Assembly: GCF_009914755.1 (NCBI RefSeq)
Contig: NC_060936.1
Origin: the human T2T-CHM13v2.0 reference genome, Homo sapiens
Length of the DNA stretch: 64,000 nt
Direction: 5' to 3' (one strand)
Shown here: piece by piece, positions 1-14,065 of the stretch
How positions within the stretch are numbered: position 1 is the first letter of the stretch
How the letters are laid out: each line of letters begins with the position of its first letter
Program-made: the position numbers and the translations under genes
The notes under the pieces: model-generated
The model's database searches: none
What the model was told of the DNA's origin: nothing
Seen by the model: the letters and a program-made list of their open reading frames with translations, nothing else

Positions 1-50
1 GCTTTTCTAGCATTGTCAATGACATTGTAATGACTAAACATAAGAAATAA

Positions 51-440
<390 letters not shown>

Positions 441-685
441 AATTTATCGTTTTTTCTTTAATGGATATGCTTTTGGTGTCATACATATCAAAGGACTAAT
501 CAGCTAACCAAAAGTTACAAGATTTTCTTCTGTATTTTCTTCTGTTTTATGGTTTTATATTTTTCATGTCCCATTTTGAGTTAATTTATGTATGTGTATG
601 GTATGACATAAAATCAAGGTTTATGTTTTTGCATATGGGTATCAGGCTTTTCCAGCACCATTCATTGAAAAACCCTAAACTTTCT

Positions 686-1801
686 TTTTTTGTTGTTGTT
701 CTTTCTTTGTTTTTTGTTTTTATTTATTTCTTCCAAAACAAAAGGGAGGATACATGTGCAGAATGTGCAGGTTTGTTACACAGGTATACATGTGCCATGG
801 TGGTTTGCTGCACCTATTGACCCATCCTTTAAGTTCCCTCCCCTCGCCCCCCACTCCTCAACTGGCCCTGGTGTGTGTTGTTCCCTTCTCTGTGTTCATG
901 TGTTCTTATTGTTCAACTCCCACTTATGAGTGAGAACACGTGGTGTTTGGTTTTCTGTTCCTGTGTTAGTTTGCTGAGGATGATGGCTTCTGGCTTCATC
1001 CATGTCCCTGCAAAGGACATGATCTCATTCCTTTTTATGGCTGCATGGTATTCCATGGTGTATATGTAACACATTTTCTTTATGCAGTCTATCATTGATG
1101 GGCATTTGGGTTGGTTCCATGTCTTTGCTGTTGTAAATAGTGCTGCAATAAACATACATGTGCATGTGTCTTCATAGTAGCATGATTTATAATCCTTTGG
1201 GTATATACCCAATAATGGGATTGATGGGTCAAATAGTATTTCTGGTTCTATATCCTTGAGGAATTGCCATACTATCTTCCACAATGATTGAACTAATTTA
1301 CATTCCCACTAACAGGGTAAAAGCATTCCTATTTCTCCACACCCTTGCAAGCATCTGTTGTTTCCTGACTTTTTAATAATCTCCATTCTGACTGGCATGA
1401 GATGGTATCTCACTGTGGTTTTGATTTGCATTTCTCTGATGATCTGTGTTGTTGAGCTTTCTTTTTTATACATTTGTTGGTCGTGTAAAGATCTTCTTTT
1501 GAGAACTGTCTGTTCATATCCTTTGCCCATTTTTTGATAGGGTTGTAAATTTGTTTAAGTTCCTTGTAAATTCTAGATATTAGACCTTTATCATGTAGGT
1601 AGATTGCAAAAAATTTCTTTCATTCTGTAAGTTGCCTGTTCACTCTGATGATAATTTCTGTTGCTGCGCAGAAGCTCTTTAGTTTAATTAGATTCCATTT
1701 GTCAATTTTGGCTTTTGTTGCAATTGCTTTTGGCATTTTTGTCATGAAGTCTTTGCCCATGCCTATGTCCTGAATGGTATTGCCTAGGTTTTCTTCTAGG
1801 G
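686..1801 (-). mobile_element. 5'-truncated L1PA (L1PA7/8-like) 3' end
   Basis: ORF2 C-terminal fragments in the ORF track (913-1284, 1309-1530, 1620-1841); about 20-bp TSD tgaaaaaccctaaactttct (666-685) / tgaaaacacctaaactttct (1802-1821). Confidence 0.93.
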
Positions 1802-1863
1802 TGAAAACACCTAAACTTTCTATGTTAAATTGCCTTTGCATCTTTGTTAAAAATCAGTTGACC

Positions 1864-2230
<367 letters not shown>

Positions 2231-4611
2231 TCACCAATACTACACTGTCTCAATTACTGTGGTATATCTTAATATTAGATTGTGTGAGTCCTCTAACTCT
2301 GTTCCTTTAGAAAAATCTTTGTTTATTCTTGTTCCTTTACATTTACATATATATTCTAGAATTCACTGTTCTGTATCTATAAAGAATCTTGGTGGCATTT
2401 TTATTGTGATTGCATTAATTCTGTGGAGTAATTTGGGAAAAATTGACATCTTAACTACATAAGTCTTCCAATCCATGGACAGAGTTTGAGTTGACATCTT
2501 TGCTATATAGAGTCTTTCAGTTCATGGACAGAGTTTATCTCTCCATTTATTTACATTTTCTTTGATTTTTTTTACTTCAGAATTTTATTTTTTTAAAATC
2601 TTAGTGCACAGATTATGCACATATATTCTTAGATTTATATTTAAGTATTTTATTGAGAGAGTATTATAAATGATACTTATACAAATGATTGGTTCCCTAT
2701 TGTTCATTCCTAGTGAATAGAAAACAATCGATATTTGAATGCTGACCTTGCATCTGCTAAAATTACTAATAGCTCTAAGAACTTTTGTGTAGATTCCTTG
2801 GGATTTTGTATGTAGACATCATGTTGTCTAGAGAGGTAGTTTTATCTCTTCCTTCTCAATTTGAATATTTTCTTTTTCTTGTCCCACATCACTTTCTAGG
2901 ATTTCCAGTATGATATTAAATAGAACTAGTGAACGTGAACATACCTGACTAATTCCCAATCCTGGGGGGTAGCAACTAGTCTTTTATTATGTTAGCTGTG
3001 GTTCTTTGTAAGAGCCCTCTATGATTAAGGAAGTTTTCTTATATTCCTAGTTTGCTAAGAATTTTTATTATTAATGGATATTGAATATTTAAAAATGCCT
3101 TTTCTGCATCTACTGATATGATCATATGGTTTTTCTTGTTTAGTTTGATTTTTTAATGTTGAACTAACCTTACATTTTTGGGATACACCTTAAATTGTTC
3201 TTAAGGAATATTGGTCTAGAGTTTTCTTATTTTTCTGCAATGGTAGCCTTATAAAATGAGTTGAGAGGTATTCTCCCTTCTGTTTTCTGGAGGATATTGT
3301 ATAGAATTGTTATTCTTTTTTAAATGTTTGTTTGAATTCACAAGTGAAACCATCTGTGCCTTGATTTTCTCTTCTAGAAGGTGTTTAACTACAGGCGCAA
3401 TTTCTTTAAGAAATATAGGTTTATTTAAGTTTTTTGTTTCTACTTGGAAGAGTTTCCATAGCTTATGTCTTTTAAGGGAATAGGCCTATTATATTTAGAC
3501 TGTTGAATTTATGCACTCAGAGTTGTTTATAGTGTTCTCTCGTTATCCTTTTTATATCTGTAGGGTCATAGTGACATCTCATTATTTACATTGGTAATTT
3601 GTGTTCTCTCTCCTTTTTTCTCTGGTCAATCTGGCTTAAAGTTTATTGGTTTTTCTTTAAACACTTTGTAGTTTTGTTGGATTTTATCTATTTTTTCTGT
3701 TTTCAATTTCACTGATTTCTACTCTTTATTATTTTTTCCTTTTGCTTACTTTGAATGTTTGCTCTTTCTTTTCTAACTTCTTAAGATAGAAGTTAAAATT
3801 ATTCATTTTATATCTTCCTTTCTAATATAAACACTTAATCTACAGATTTCTCTCTAAACACTGCTTTGGTTTCATCCCACAGATTTTGATATATTTTCAT
3901 TTTCATTCAGTTCAAAATAATTTCTATATTTTTGTGACTTCTTTTTTGAGCCACAGATTATTTAAGGGTGTGTTGTTTAATTTACAATATTTTGTAATTT
4001 TTCATGTATCTTCTTTGTTGACTTCTATTTTAATTCTATTAAGAGAAGATTTATTGTCTTTTACATATATGAAAAAAACTGCTGGAATTTTTAATTGGAA
4101 TTGTGTTGTATTTATAAATTAGTTTGAGGAGTACTGACATCTTAGCAATATTGAGTGTTTTGGCCCATTAACAATATATATCTTTCTATTTATTTAGGTC
4201 TTCCCTAATTTTTCTCAGCAGTATTTTACAGTTGTAAGTGTAGAGATATTTGATCTCTCGTCAGATTTATCTATAAATATTTCATATTTTTAATGATATT
4301 GTAAAGGTCATTGTTTTAATTTTAATTTCTGATTTTTATTTTGTTGCTAGTATATAGAAATACAATTGATTTTGTACATTTGATCTTGTATTTTTCAACC
4401 TTGTGAAACTTAGTTATTACTTCTAGAAATGCATATTTAATGTAATTATTGATATGCTTAAATTAAGTGTAACATTTAATCTTAGTTTTCTGTTTTTCTG
4501 TTCTGTTTTTCAAATTTCTCTGTTTTCCTTTTCAAGCCATCTTTTGAGTAATATAAGTAGTTACTTAAATAATTTTGAAATTTCATTTTAATTTGCCTAT
4601 TGACGAAAATC

Positions 4612-4836
4612 TGAATTAGTATCCTAGGGCTGCTGTCACAAATTACCTCACACTTAGTGATTTTAAACAACAGAAATGTACCCTCTCAGAGTTCTCAAGG
4701 CTGGAAGGCTGAAGTCAAGCAGGACCTCTCTCCCTCTGGGGGCTCTGAGGGAGAGTCTATTCTTTGCCTCTTCCAGCTCTGGTGGCCATGACCATCCCTT
4801 AAGTTGGGGCCACATCACCTCCATTTCTGCTTCCAT
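4612..4836 (-). mobile_element. MLT1 (ERVL-MaLR) LTR fragment
   Basis: tagggctgctgtcacaaattacc...aaacaacagaaatgta...ggctggaagg, typical of MLT1. Confidence 0.8.
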
Positions 4837-5682
4837 GGCCCCATTGTTTCCTGCTCTGTTTTTAATGGTTACTCTAGAGATTATAATATACTTCCACATT
4901 TCACACAATCTACTTAGAATTAATATTTTATCACTTCAAGTAAAATCAAGAAGTCTTTCAGCTACGTAAGTCTCCTTACCCTCTCTCCTTTATGATGTAA
5001 TTGTCATATACATTAAGTCTACATGCATTGAAAATCCCAACAGTGCTATTTTTTGGTTATAATTTTTGCTTCTTTCTGTGGTCTGCCACCTGCTGTTTGA
5101 TTCCCGGGGGTCCCCTTTCCTGGTGTTCTGGCTAGAAAACAATTTCAGCTCTTCCCATTGCAACTGGTTCTCACCTGGGGGCAAAGCAGTGAGAGAAAGA
5201 AGCCTGCAAGGTCACTACCACCATCCCTGCACCACAGTTGCTTCTGCCTAGGGTAGAGTGGGAAGAGTGAAAAGGGGTCCACCCCATAAGGACAGCGTTT
5301 TCACTGCCAGTTGACAGGGGCAGGGGCAAAGGACTGGCTGACCTCTGCTGTACTTGTGAGGTGTGTGTGGGGGTGGGGTGGGGAGTAGGGGATGGGGGTG
5401 GGTGGCACTGCTGTTACTTGTTAACGCTCGAAGTCAAAAGTGTTTGGAGCTGCCTCTGGTCACGACTAGTTGGGGGCAGACAGAGGGTGGGGTGGGGGGG
5501 CTACCATTTTGTTGTTGGCAACTAGATCAAAAGGGATCTGCCCGGCAGAGCCCCTGCACCTGATTTGCTGTGTAGAGTGGGTTTATTTTGGAGCTTTCCC
5601 TGTTTGGGCTTGTTCACAGTTCTAATTCCAGGCTGCCCTAGAGCCCAAGATGGGATATATAGGAAGCAGGAGAAGACAAACG

Positions 5683-5710
5683 ACAACAACAACAACAACA
5701 ACAACAACAA
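5683..5710 (+). repeat. (CAA)n microsatellite
   Basis: About 9 CAA units. Confidence 0.95.
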
Positions 5711-6300
5711 ACACAGAAAAACACACCCTCAAACAAAAAGTCAGAGCTTCATTGCTTTATTGTCCTTTAAATGCTGTACTCCCTACTTCCTTGGCCTTCT
5801 GTCATCCACCTTTCAGAATTATCTGATAGTGATTTTATATATTCAGTCCAGGATTTTTAGTTGTAATCAGTAGGAAAGATCAGATGGAGTGTGCTTAGTC
5901 TACCTTAACTGGAACCAGAGCCCCTCTATGTAATTTGTAATGCTTTATCCAGTATTTTTCACTACATTGAATAGTTAAGGGTAGTATCCTTGAGTGTAGT
6001 GTAATTCAGTATATCAATCTATCCATATATTCGGGATCCAGCACCCAGTATTTGATATGTGGTATAAATTTGGCGATACAACCCTATTCTACCCTGTTTT
6101 AATTATTTTTGTTATTATTTTTATTGAAGCATAGTACCATTTTTGTTTCAATGTATGTATAGCTTTCCTGCCCTTGGCAGGGGGAGTTATCTTCATATTT
6201 AGACTATACTTTCAGTTTCTTTATGGTTGCCAAATCGACTTTTATTTTTCATTTGGATTACTGCTTTGCTTTGCAGTGTTGGAACTTATTTGTTGGAGAA

Positions 6301-7038
6301 ATGTCTTCAGAGTCAGAAAAGGATAAAGAGAGACTGATTCAAGCTGCCAAAATGTTCTTCTTTCATGTACAAGATCTTGCTTCTGTCATAAACACACTGA
6401 CTGAATTGTTTAGCCGCAGTATGAATACTCAAATCCTTTTGATGGCTGTGAAAAACAATAGTTACATTAAGGATTTTTTTGAGCAAATGCTCAAAATTTT
6501 TAAGGAGATGCAATCTGTAGTGGATGCAAGACATGACAAAATTCAAAAGGAGTCTTTATGTTCCAAGGTTGCAATGGCCATGTGCTCTGTGGTTCAGAAG
6601 AGTACCAATGTAGAGGAGTTGCATCAGTCAGCTAAAGAAGTATTCAAAAGTGCCCATACGCCAGTCATCATCTCTGTGCTAAACAGCAGTAACATCCTTG
6701 GGAGTCTGGAATCTTCTCTTTCACACTTGATGAAATTCCCCATCATGAATCTTCAATTAAGTGACTTCTATACAGAAGACACCAAAGAGCAATCAGATGT
6801 CACCACATCTGAGAGAACCAGAAGTCCTCCAGGTTCTTCCAAAACCACTATGATAGACACCTTGAAAAAACTGCAGGATGTACTAAAAACTGAGGATTCC
6901 AAAAATCCCACAAAGTCAGCAGCAGATCTGTTGGAACAAATTGTCAAGGCTATGGGACCAATCTTAGAGATCCTCCAAAAAGCGATAAAGACTATGGAAA
7001 TGAATATTTCTGTGTTTAAGAAAGCCAGTGACAAGTAG
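6301..7038 (+). CDS. C12orf60: Uncharacterized protein C12orf60, 245 aa, whole CDS in one exon
   Basis: ORF MSSESEKDKERLIQAAKMFFF...VFKKASDK*; splice acceptor ctgctttgctttgcag ends at 6276, so the exon starts at 6277 and the first exonic ATG is 6301; recognised sequence next to ART4. Confidence 0.93.
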   Translation: MSSESEKDKERLIQAAKMFFFHVQDLASVINTLTELFSRSMNTQILLMAVKNNSYIKDFFEQMLKIFKEMQSVVDARHDKIQKESLCSKVAMAMCSVVQKSTNVEELHQSAKEVFKSAHTPVIISVLNSSNILGSLESSLSHLMKFPIMNLQLSDFYTEDTKEQSDVTTSERTRSPPGSSKTTMIDTLKKLQDVLKTEDSKNPTKSAADLLEQIVKAMGPILEILQKAIKTMEMNISVFKKASDK

Positions 7039-7195
7039 GGATGCAACAGAAATGTTCATTTCTGTCAGAAAACTACTTAAAATCTTATGGTTTTTCATAG
7101 TAGTTTCTAAGATCTTTTGGTGCCAAACATGTGCTATGTTAGAACATAAGTACACAAAAGTCATCTGGCAAAACATTTACCTGTAGTTTTGCTTT

Positions 7196-7206
7196 ATTAA
7201 AATAAA
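7196..7206 (+). promoter_or_regulatory. C12orf60 polyadenylation signal (overlapping ATTAAA/AATAAA)
   Basis: attaaaataaa about 160 nt after the stop codon. Confidence 0.7.
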
Positions 7207-8173
7207 AAGAAATAATTAAGAAAGCCTGTTTGAAATGTCAGTCACTAAGAAGAATATATTGTTGAAAAAAACAAAGTGGTATTACATTTGAGGATGTTTC
7301 TAAATATTGTGTTTCATCTTAAAGCATAATTAAAACAACCCTAAAGTAGTTCCCACTCTTAACTATTCTATTTCCAGTGAGAAATCCAGGTAAACTGTAA
7401 ATATTATCATTAGATAGAAAATCTAGGCCTGGGAAACAAAATAAACTCCATTTTTGTCACTCATATACCAATTTCTATATACTTCAGTACCTTGACGATC
7501 AGAAGCCATCACTAAATATTTTAAATATGATTCATAAGTAAGTGAGAACAGTGAATGAGCAATAATAGACTTTTCTTGCTTATGTGAGTAAGACCAGAAC
7601 AGATAGTTCATTCTCACTTGTCTCCTGAGGTCTTATGATTAGAAAATACTAGAGGTGGAAAAATGGAAGTACTCTAGCCTTTCACAAAGAAAAGACTTTC
7701 ACAAGGAAAACACTTGCAGAAGTAGGATATCTGAGATGTGCTTTATTTAAAGAAATGAGATAGGGCAGTCTCTTTGTCTACCATAAGTCTTTGGTTCTCA
7801 TGCATTGTAAATGAGTATGTACTCCTAAGATTGGTGTTGAAGTTAACTATTTCACATGATACCTGATAGAACTCTGTTGAGAATAGGAAAAGCAATAATA
7901 ACTCCAAGCCAAAGCCATCATTGTAATTCCCATTGTCATTTAAAATAAGGAGTCCCTTCTCCATCCTCATATAATTTCAAAATGTTTGGTAGGGAGGGTC
8001 AAGTGGATTTTGACCATTACCAGAGCTTGGAGGTTCTGGAAAAAACGATGAGTTTCAATACATTAACTCTCATTTTCTCTCCACAGCAAAGCTGAAACCT
8101 TGCTTATTTGTAATAGGTTTCTATTAAGAACTCTATTATTTTGAAGAGGATGTTAAATTGATTCATTTGCTAC

Positions 8174-8175
<2 letters not shown>

Positions 8176-8207
<32 letters not shown>

Positions 8208-8232
8208 GAGGGTGAGAGAGAGGAGAAGGGAG
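8176..8232 (+). repeat. (CA)n/(GA)n compound microsatellite
   Basis: Direct inspection. Confidence 0.9.
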
Positions 8233-8945
8233 ACAGGACTCTCACTTTGCTACTTTTTCTGGACCTATATGTGTCTAGGGTTTCAATCTCCTTTTAGTTT
8301 TAGGATTATGTTTCAGAATGTTGGATGCAACAGCTAGGGGGATTCATATGGAAATGAATGAGACAAGGACCAAGAAAAGTCTTGGTGCATAGTCTTTCTG
8401 TGAGGTGACTGGAAGAATAGCTGGTGGCAGTTCACAGGAAGTCCTTGCCAGATGCCAATGGGAATGACAACCAGGGTGTTAGAGATGGGAAGTGCCCACT
8501 TCAATAAAGATGAGTGGTCTTCCAGTGCTGGTGGCTGTTGTTAGGCTGGTGATCACTTACAGTGTTTCACATTTTCCCACCACTGGGTACCACCAGTCTG
8601 ACCACTCTAATGACATCATGTCTGCTGCTGCCTCCTGGCTTCTGGAAATACTGAGGAAAAGCTGTATTTTTTTCTCAAACCTATTACTCACATTTAATGT
8701 TTCTCTCAAATACTTTGGTTTTGGGTTCCTCTCATTTTCTCTAATATCCTTCAGTTTTTGAAGAACAAAGTGGGGTGTGTTTCTATACTATGCCTGGTCT
8801 CATTCCTCCTCTAGGCTGTGAGCATGGGATGGCCTAGCTGTTTGAATGAATCATCAGTAGGGAGGAAAAAGTGAACTGCCACACAACACAACACATGATC
8901 ATTTACTATTAAAAAAAATGAAATACTATTATACTTGTAATTTTT

Positions 8946-8951
8946 TTTATT
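8946..8951 (-). promoter_or_regulatory. Candidate distal polyA signal of ART4 (long, about 3.8-kb 3'UTR)
   Basis: tttatt on + is AATAAA on -; fits my recollection of a long ART4 3' end near here. Confidence 0.55.
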
Positions 8952-9760
8952 AGTTGCCAGTGTTTGCTGCATCTTGGTATTTCTGAAAGCACCTAATAAA
9001 TGCTTGTTGAATTTTACCAAATCAAGAGCTAGTTCATTCAGTGTAAATCAATTTGATTCATATTATTAGACAACTCAGTACAAGAATCCTGATTCTTCTA
9101 GCAAAACAAACTTTACTGAAATTTTCTTTCATTGGATTTTTTTTAAAGTAAGAGTAAATAGAGAACTTCAGGATAATCTAATAGGCGTATTAAAGAGAAC
9201 ACCTTGTTATAAAAATAAAGTATTACATGGGTTGAGTGTTTTTACTTTTTAAATTTTTCCTGTTTCAATCAGCTTCTTCAGATTAAACAGTATATTTCTG
9301 TACACATCAAAAGGAGACATACATGTATTTGTTTAATAAAATTACTATAGGACATAAGTACTCCTTACAGCACAGTCTCTGTTAACAGTTGCATGAATTT
9401 ACACATATTTGAGCATCCGCCTTATCTTTGGAAGATATCCCAGGCTAACAAATTTATCCCAGCAGAAATTACAGTGAAATTTCTAAAACTAGTCTCTTAG
9501 AGTTTCATAAACATGTAACTTAATCAATTTAAATCAATACTCTACAGATTCCTTGCTCAACAACTTTGGACTATAGGGAGAGACTGAGGGGATGTGAGCT
9601 ATGTACATTTATCCTTAACCAAACTCATGAATCTACATAATTTTAAGAGAATAGTTTCTGTCTCCAGAGATTTGATCTGTAAAACAGCAGCAGGAGTTAG
9701 AACTAAGTTATCTTTTTTAGAAACTTGGCTATTCCCTTAAGGATCATAATTGTGTAAGTC

Positions 9761-9926
9761 ACAGTGTTCTCAAATGTTGGTGTATAGCAGAATCATCTAG
9801 AGGACTTATTAAAACAGACTGTTCAATTTCTGTAGTCTGTAGTCTGGGATCAGGCCCTAAAATTCACATTTCTAATGAGTTCTTAAAGGATGCTATTGCT
9901 GCTTGTGCCTAGAGAGTCAACGCTTT
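9761..9926. mobile_element. MER5A-like hAT-Charlie MITE
   Basis: cagtgttctcaaatg...agaatcatctagagg...aattcacatttctaatgagttc. Confidence 0.7.
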
Positions 9927-10767
9927 AGGAGAATTGTCTTACTCAGAAAATTATGACTTCTCATGGAAATCAAATGCTTTTGGCTGACTTTTTAGCTTCA
10001 CTGAGTGGCTTCCAATTTCCTCTCCAGCCCACATTACCCCTCACTCTCTGCCAGACCTATCTGCTCCCTGACCTTATGCTGTACATACATCGATCATTCC
10101 GTATTCGCTTCTATTTTCTGCTTTCCTCTAAGTAAAACATCATCTCTGATAGAAAGCTTTATCTAACCATAGGCCAGAGGAATCACATTTTTCTCTCAGC
10201 TCCAAGCATTTAATATTTGGCCTTGTTTTGGGCACTACGCACTTGGCACATACTCTTTCTTGTTTTTTTCTCCTTCTGCTCACCCCTTCTCCCAGCCTAG
10301 AGCCCTAACGGCTGGTTCAAATGCAGCCTCTTACTTAAAGCCTTCCGGGTGTCTCTTCTTGCCTCAGTTGGAAGAAATCTTTCTTTTGAATTGTTATGAA
10401 CAGAAAACTTGATTTTTGCCTTTTTTTTTTTTGACATTTCACTTGTGGCTTGCTTTATGTTCTTAATTTCTCCTAAGAGATTGTAAACTCATGAGAGATC
10501 TGGCCTAGTGTTCTTAACTTTTAATCCCCAAAGTGCTTTGTACACAGTATGGCTCAATACATGCATTTATATGGCACAGGAAAAATGTACTTAAGATGTT
10601 GGGTGGCTTTTACCAACATAGCATGTCATTACTGACTCATCGATGCTCACTGGAAAAGCTTGCTCCCAGAGCCATGTCCCCAGGACTCTCTACTAGGTAG
10701 CCACCAAACTGCCAAAGACCCTATCCTATGCAAGTCACATAAATTGTCTGTTTGTAGAAATTCTTTC

Positions 10768-11063
10768 TTTTTTTCTTTTTTTGAGATCGAGTCTCACTCT
10801 GTTGCCCAGGCTGGAGTGCAGTGGTGTGAACTTGGCTCACTGCACTACCTCCGCCTCCTGGGTTTAGGCAATTTTCCTGCCTCAGCCTCCCAAGTAGCTG
10901 GGATTACAGGTGCGTGCCACCATGCCTGGCTAATTTTTGTATTTGTAGTAGAGACGGGGTTTCACCATGCTGGCCAGGCTGGTCTTGAACTCCTGACCTC
11001 GTGATCCGTCCTCCTCGGCCTCCCAAAGTGCTGGGATTACAGGGGTGAGCCACCATGCCTGGC
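10768..11063 (-). mobile_element. AluS within the putative long ART4 3'UTR
   Basis: Full Alu; TSD agaaattctttc on both sides. Confidence 0.95.
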
Positions 11064-12009
11064 AGAAATTCTTTCCTTTATTGACTGTAGAGGCTACTGC
11101 AACTAGGTGACAGAGGTGATTTGGCCCTGTTAGTTTCAAATCCCAATTTAAAGAATGATAGTACAGAGATGCCTGAACTCCCTGCCAGGTAATTTTATGT
11201 AGCTTATTCCCCATTCCATTTCTTTGATCATGACACAGGCCATTCAGGAAGTCCTATGGAGAGTAAATAGATGGACCGATTTTCAGTTTTGCTGTTTCTT
11301 ATCCAAATCTTAAAAGGGATAAGGAGCATGGACTTTCAAAATCCAAAATTATAGAGCTAGCCCTCATCTTTACTCCATTTAGCCTGATACCAGGGTCTTC
11401 AGTGATCGTGATCGGGTTAAATAATCCCTTATGTCGCTACCTAAATTACTACCTGAGGGAAGCGTTAGAGGACATTTCCAGCTATACAATTCAACAATTT
11501 ATACTTCTTTGCATGTACTAGTTTACATGTAATGAGACCTCGCTATATTGCTGATATTTGTTTGTAATCAGTGTTTTTTTCTCTCATACTCTCTGTTAAC
11601 CTTCACACATACCCTCATGTTTTCCTAATATTTAAATTTGCTATGAAGACTTAAATTTGCCATCAAGTTCTCTATGAATTAACATATGAGTTTAAATTTT
11701 AACTTTTGTAATGTCTTAGGAACATGCATGAACACCCATTACTGCTGGTGAATGAAATTTCACTAACATCTTTCATTAACTTTCCCTTTTATTTCTCAAG
11801 TTTCCATGTGTCTTCTCATCTGAGGCCATACTAGCTTAATCTTGAATGCTCATAAAAAATCTCTGAAGAAAATTCACACCTTGGTTAATCTCTGGGGTTC
11901 AAAGCTTTTCTGTTTGGTGAAGAATTTGTCCTTTGCTTTCTAATTTAATCTTCTTTGATTTGTTCCTATTTAGAATAACTAAATTAAAAAAAATAAGGAA
12001 GAGTGCTTG

Positions 12010-12649
<640 letters not shown>

Positions 12650-12688
12650 TAAATGTCCATTTCTAGCCAAAAGGCCAATAAAAAAGAT

Positions 12689-12694
12689 TTTATT
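12689..12694 (-). promoter_or_regulatory. Proximal ART4 polyA signal AATAAA
   Basis: About 40 nt downstream of the ART4 stop codon on the - strand. Confidence 0.75.
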
Positions 12695-12733
12695 TAAATA
12701 TTTTTTTTAAATAAAAGGAGCCACAAGATTTCT

Positions 12734-12825
12734 TTATACTCTGCTTTTGGAAAAGATGATGACACTGGTCAAAAAGGAGAGAGATGCAATAGCTATAGGA
12801 TCAGGGATGCATTTCTTGCTGGAAG
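12734..12825 (-). CDS. ART4: ART4 exon 3 coding part (GPI-anchor signal ASSKKCIPDPIAIASLSFLTSVIIFSKSRV*)
   Basis: Acceptor ttttgttttttacag at 12826; 92 nt in phase with exon 2; total CDS 144+709+92=945 nt. Confidence 0.96.
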
Positions 12826-13480
12826 CTGTAAAAAACAAAACAAAGGAAATATTTTAGGTAGCAGAGTTTTTTTTAAAACTACCTCATCTATCCATTGATC
12901 CACTTACTTAACTTAGAAAATTCCTAATAAAAACATTTGAAGTTAGCTACTTAAAACACATTATTTTAGATTTTTCTAACATAACTTGCTTATTTTGCAG
13001 ATGATGAAACAGACACCAAGAGGTTAAAAGATGTACTCCCAGGTAACCCAGCCAGCTGGTGGTAGAGATCTAATTTTCCATCTTTATCATCACCAGCAGC
13101 ATAATCACTGTTAGCATTATCCCCATCTTAATTATCATCATCTTCATCACCATTATGAAAGTTAACACAGACTGAATGCTGATTTTGTGCTAGGATCTAT
13201 TTCGAGCCCTTGCTATATATTAACTTAAGCCTCACAACAAACCTATGAGATTTTTATTCTCAATATCCTTGGTTTTTACTTGATGAGATTGTGACACAGA
13301 GATGAGAAAAAGCTTGCCAGTGTCACACATCTTGTAAATAGTATAGGCACCATTCAAACTTGGCCAGTTTGTCTCAATTCTGCATTCTTAACCACTAACC
13401 TGTTTGTCTGTGTATTACATGTCCATCCATAGAATTTTTCATTACAAGGTGAGCAAGAAATATTCACACAATCCTGTTTG

Positions 13481-13483
<3 letters not shown>

Positions 13484-13518
<35 letters not shown>
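13484..13518 (+). repeat. (TG)n microsatellite
   Basis: About 17 units. Confidence 0.95.
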
Positions 13519-13519
<1 letters not shown>

Positions 13520-13899
13520 CTAACTACACATATACACCTTTCACAGGAAATGTGGGACAGGTTAGCAGCCAGTTAGGTGTGGAAGCAAAACTGGAAAATA
13601 AAAAAAAATATTGTCAGATATAACTAATAATTGGCCATATAATGGGGTGGGGACTGAAATGAGATGGGAGATGGAAACCCTGTAAAAAATAGTCTAAATA
13701 AAGACTGGAATCTCTTTGCAGCCAGTTTTCACTATTGTTTAAGGTAGAAAAGATGTTTCTGGGAGGAAGAGATTCAACTCTAATTGCCTCAATATTTGCT
13801 CATATTGTTTGATAGGATAACCAGATGAGGGAGAAATACATTTCTACTATTTTCACACAATATATACATTTTTTAGTTTTTTGGAATTTCTATATAGGA

Positions 13900-13900
<1 letters not shown>

Positions 13901-13938
<38 letters not shown>

Positions 13939-14002
13939 CAAGTAGAAATTCCAAGACAGAAAAGACAGAAATTACTCTGTGTGTGTATGTGTGTACTGTA
14001 TG

Positions 14003-14048
<46 letters not shown>
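13901..14048 (+). repeat. (TG)n and (TA)n microsatellites flanked by inverted repeats
   Basis: (TG)~17 at 13901-13935; (TA)~21 at 14007-14048. Confidence 0.95.
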
Positions 14049-14051
<3 letters not shown>

Positions 14052-14065
14052 TAATTTCTGTCTTA

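Noticed and set aside
6223-6300. 26-aa N-terminal extension of the C12orf60 ORF (271 aa in the ORF track)
   Set aside because: The ATG at 6223 lies upstream of the splice acceptor at 6276 and is therefore intronic
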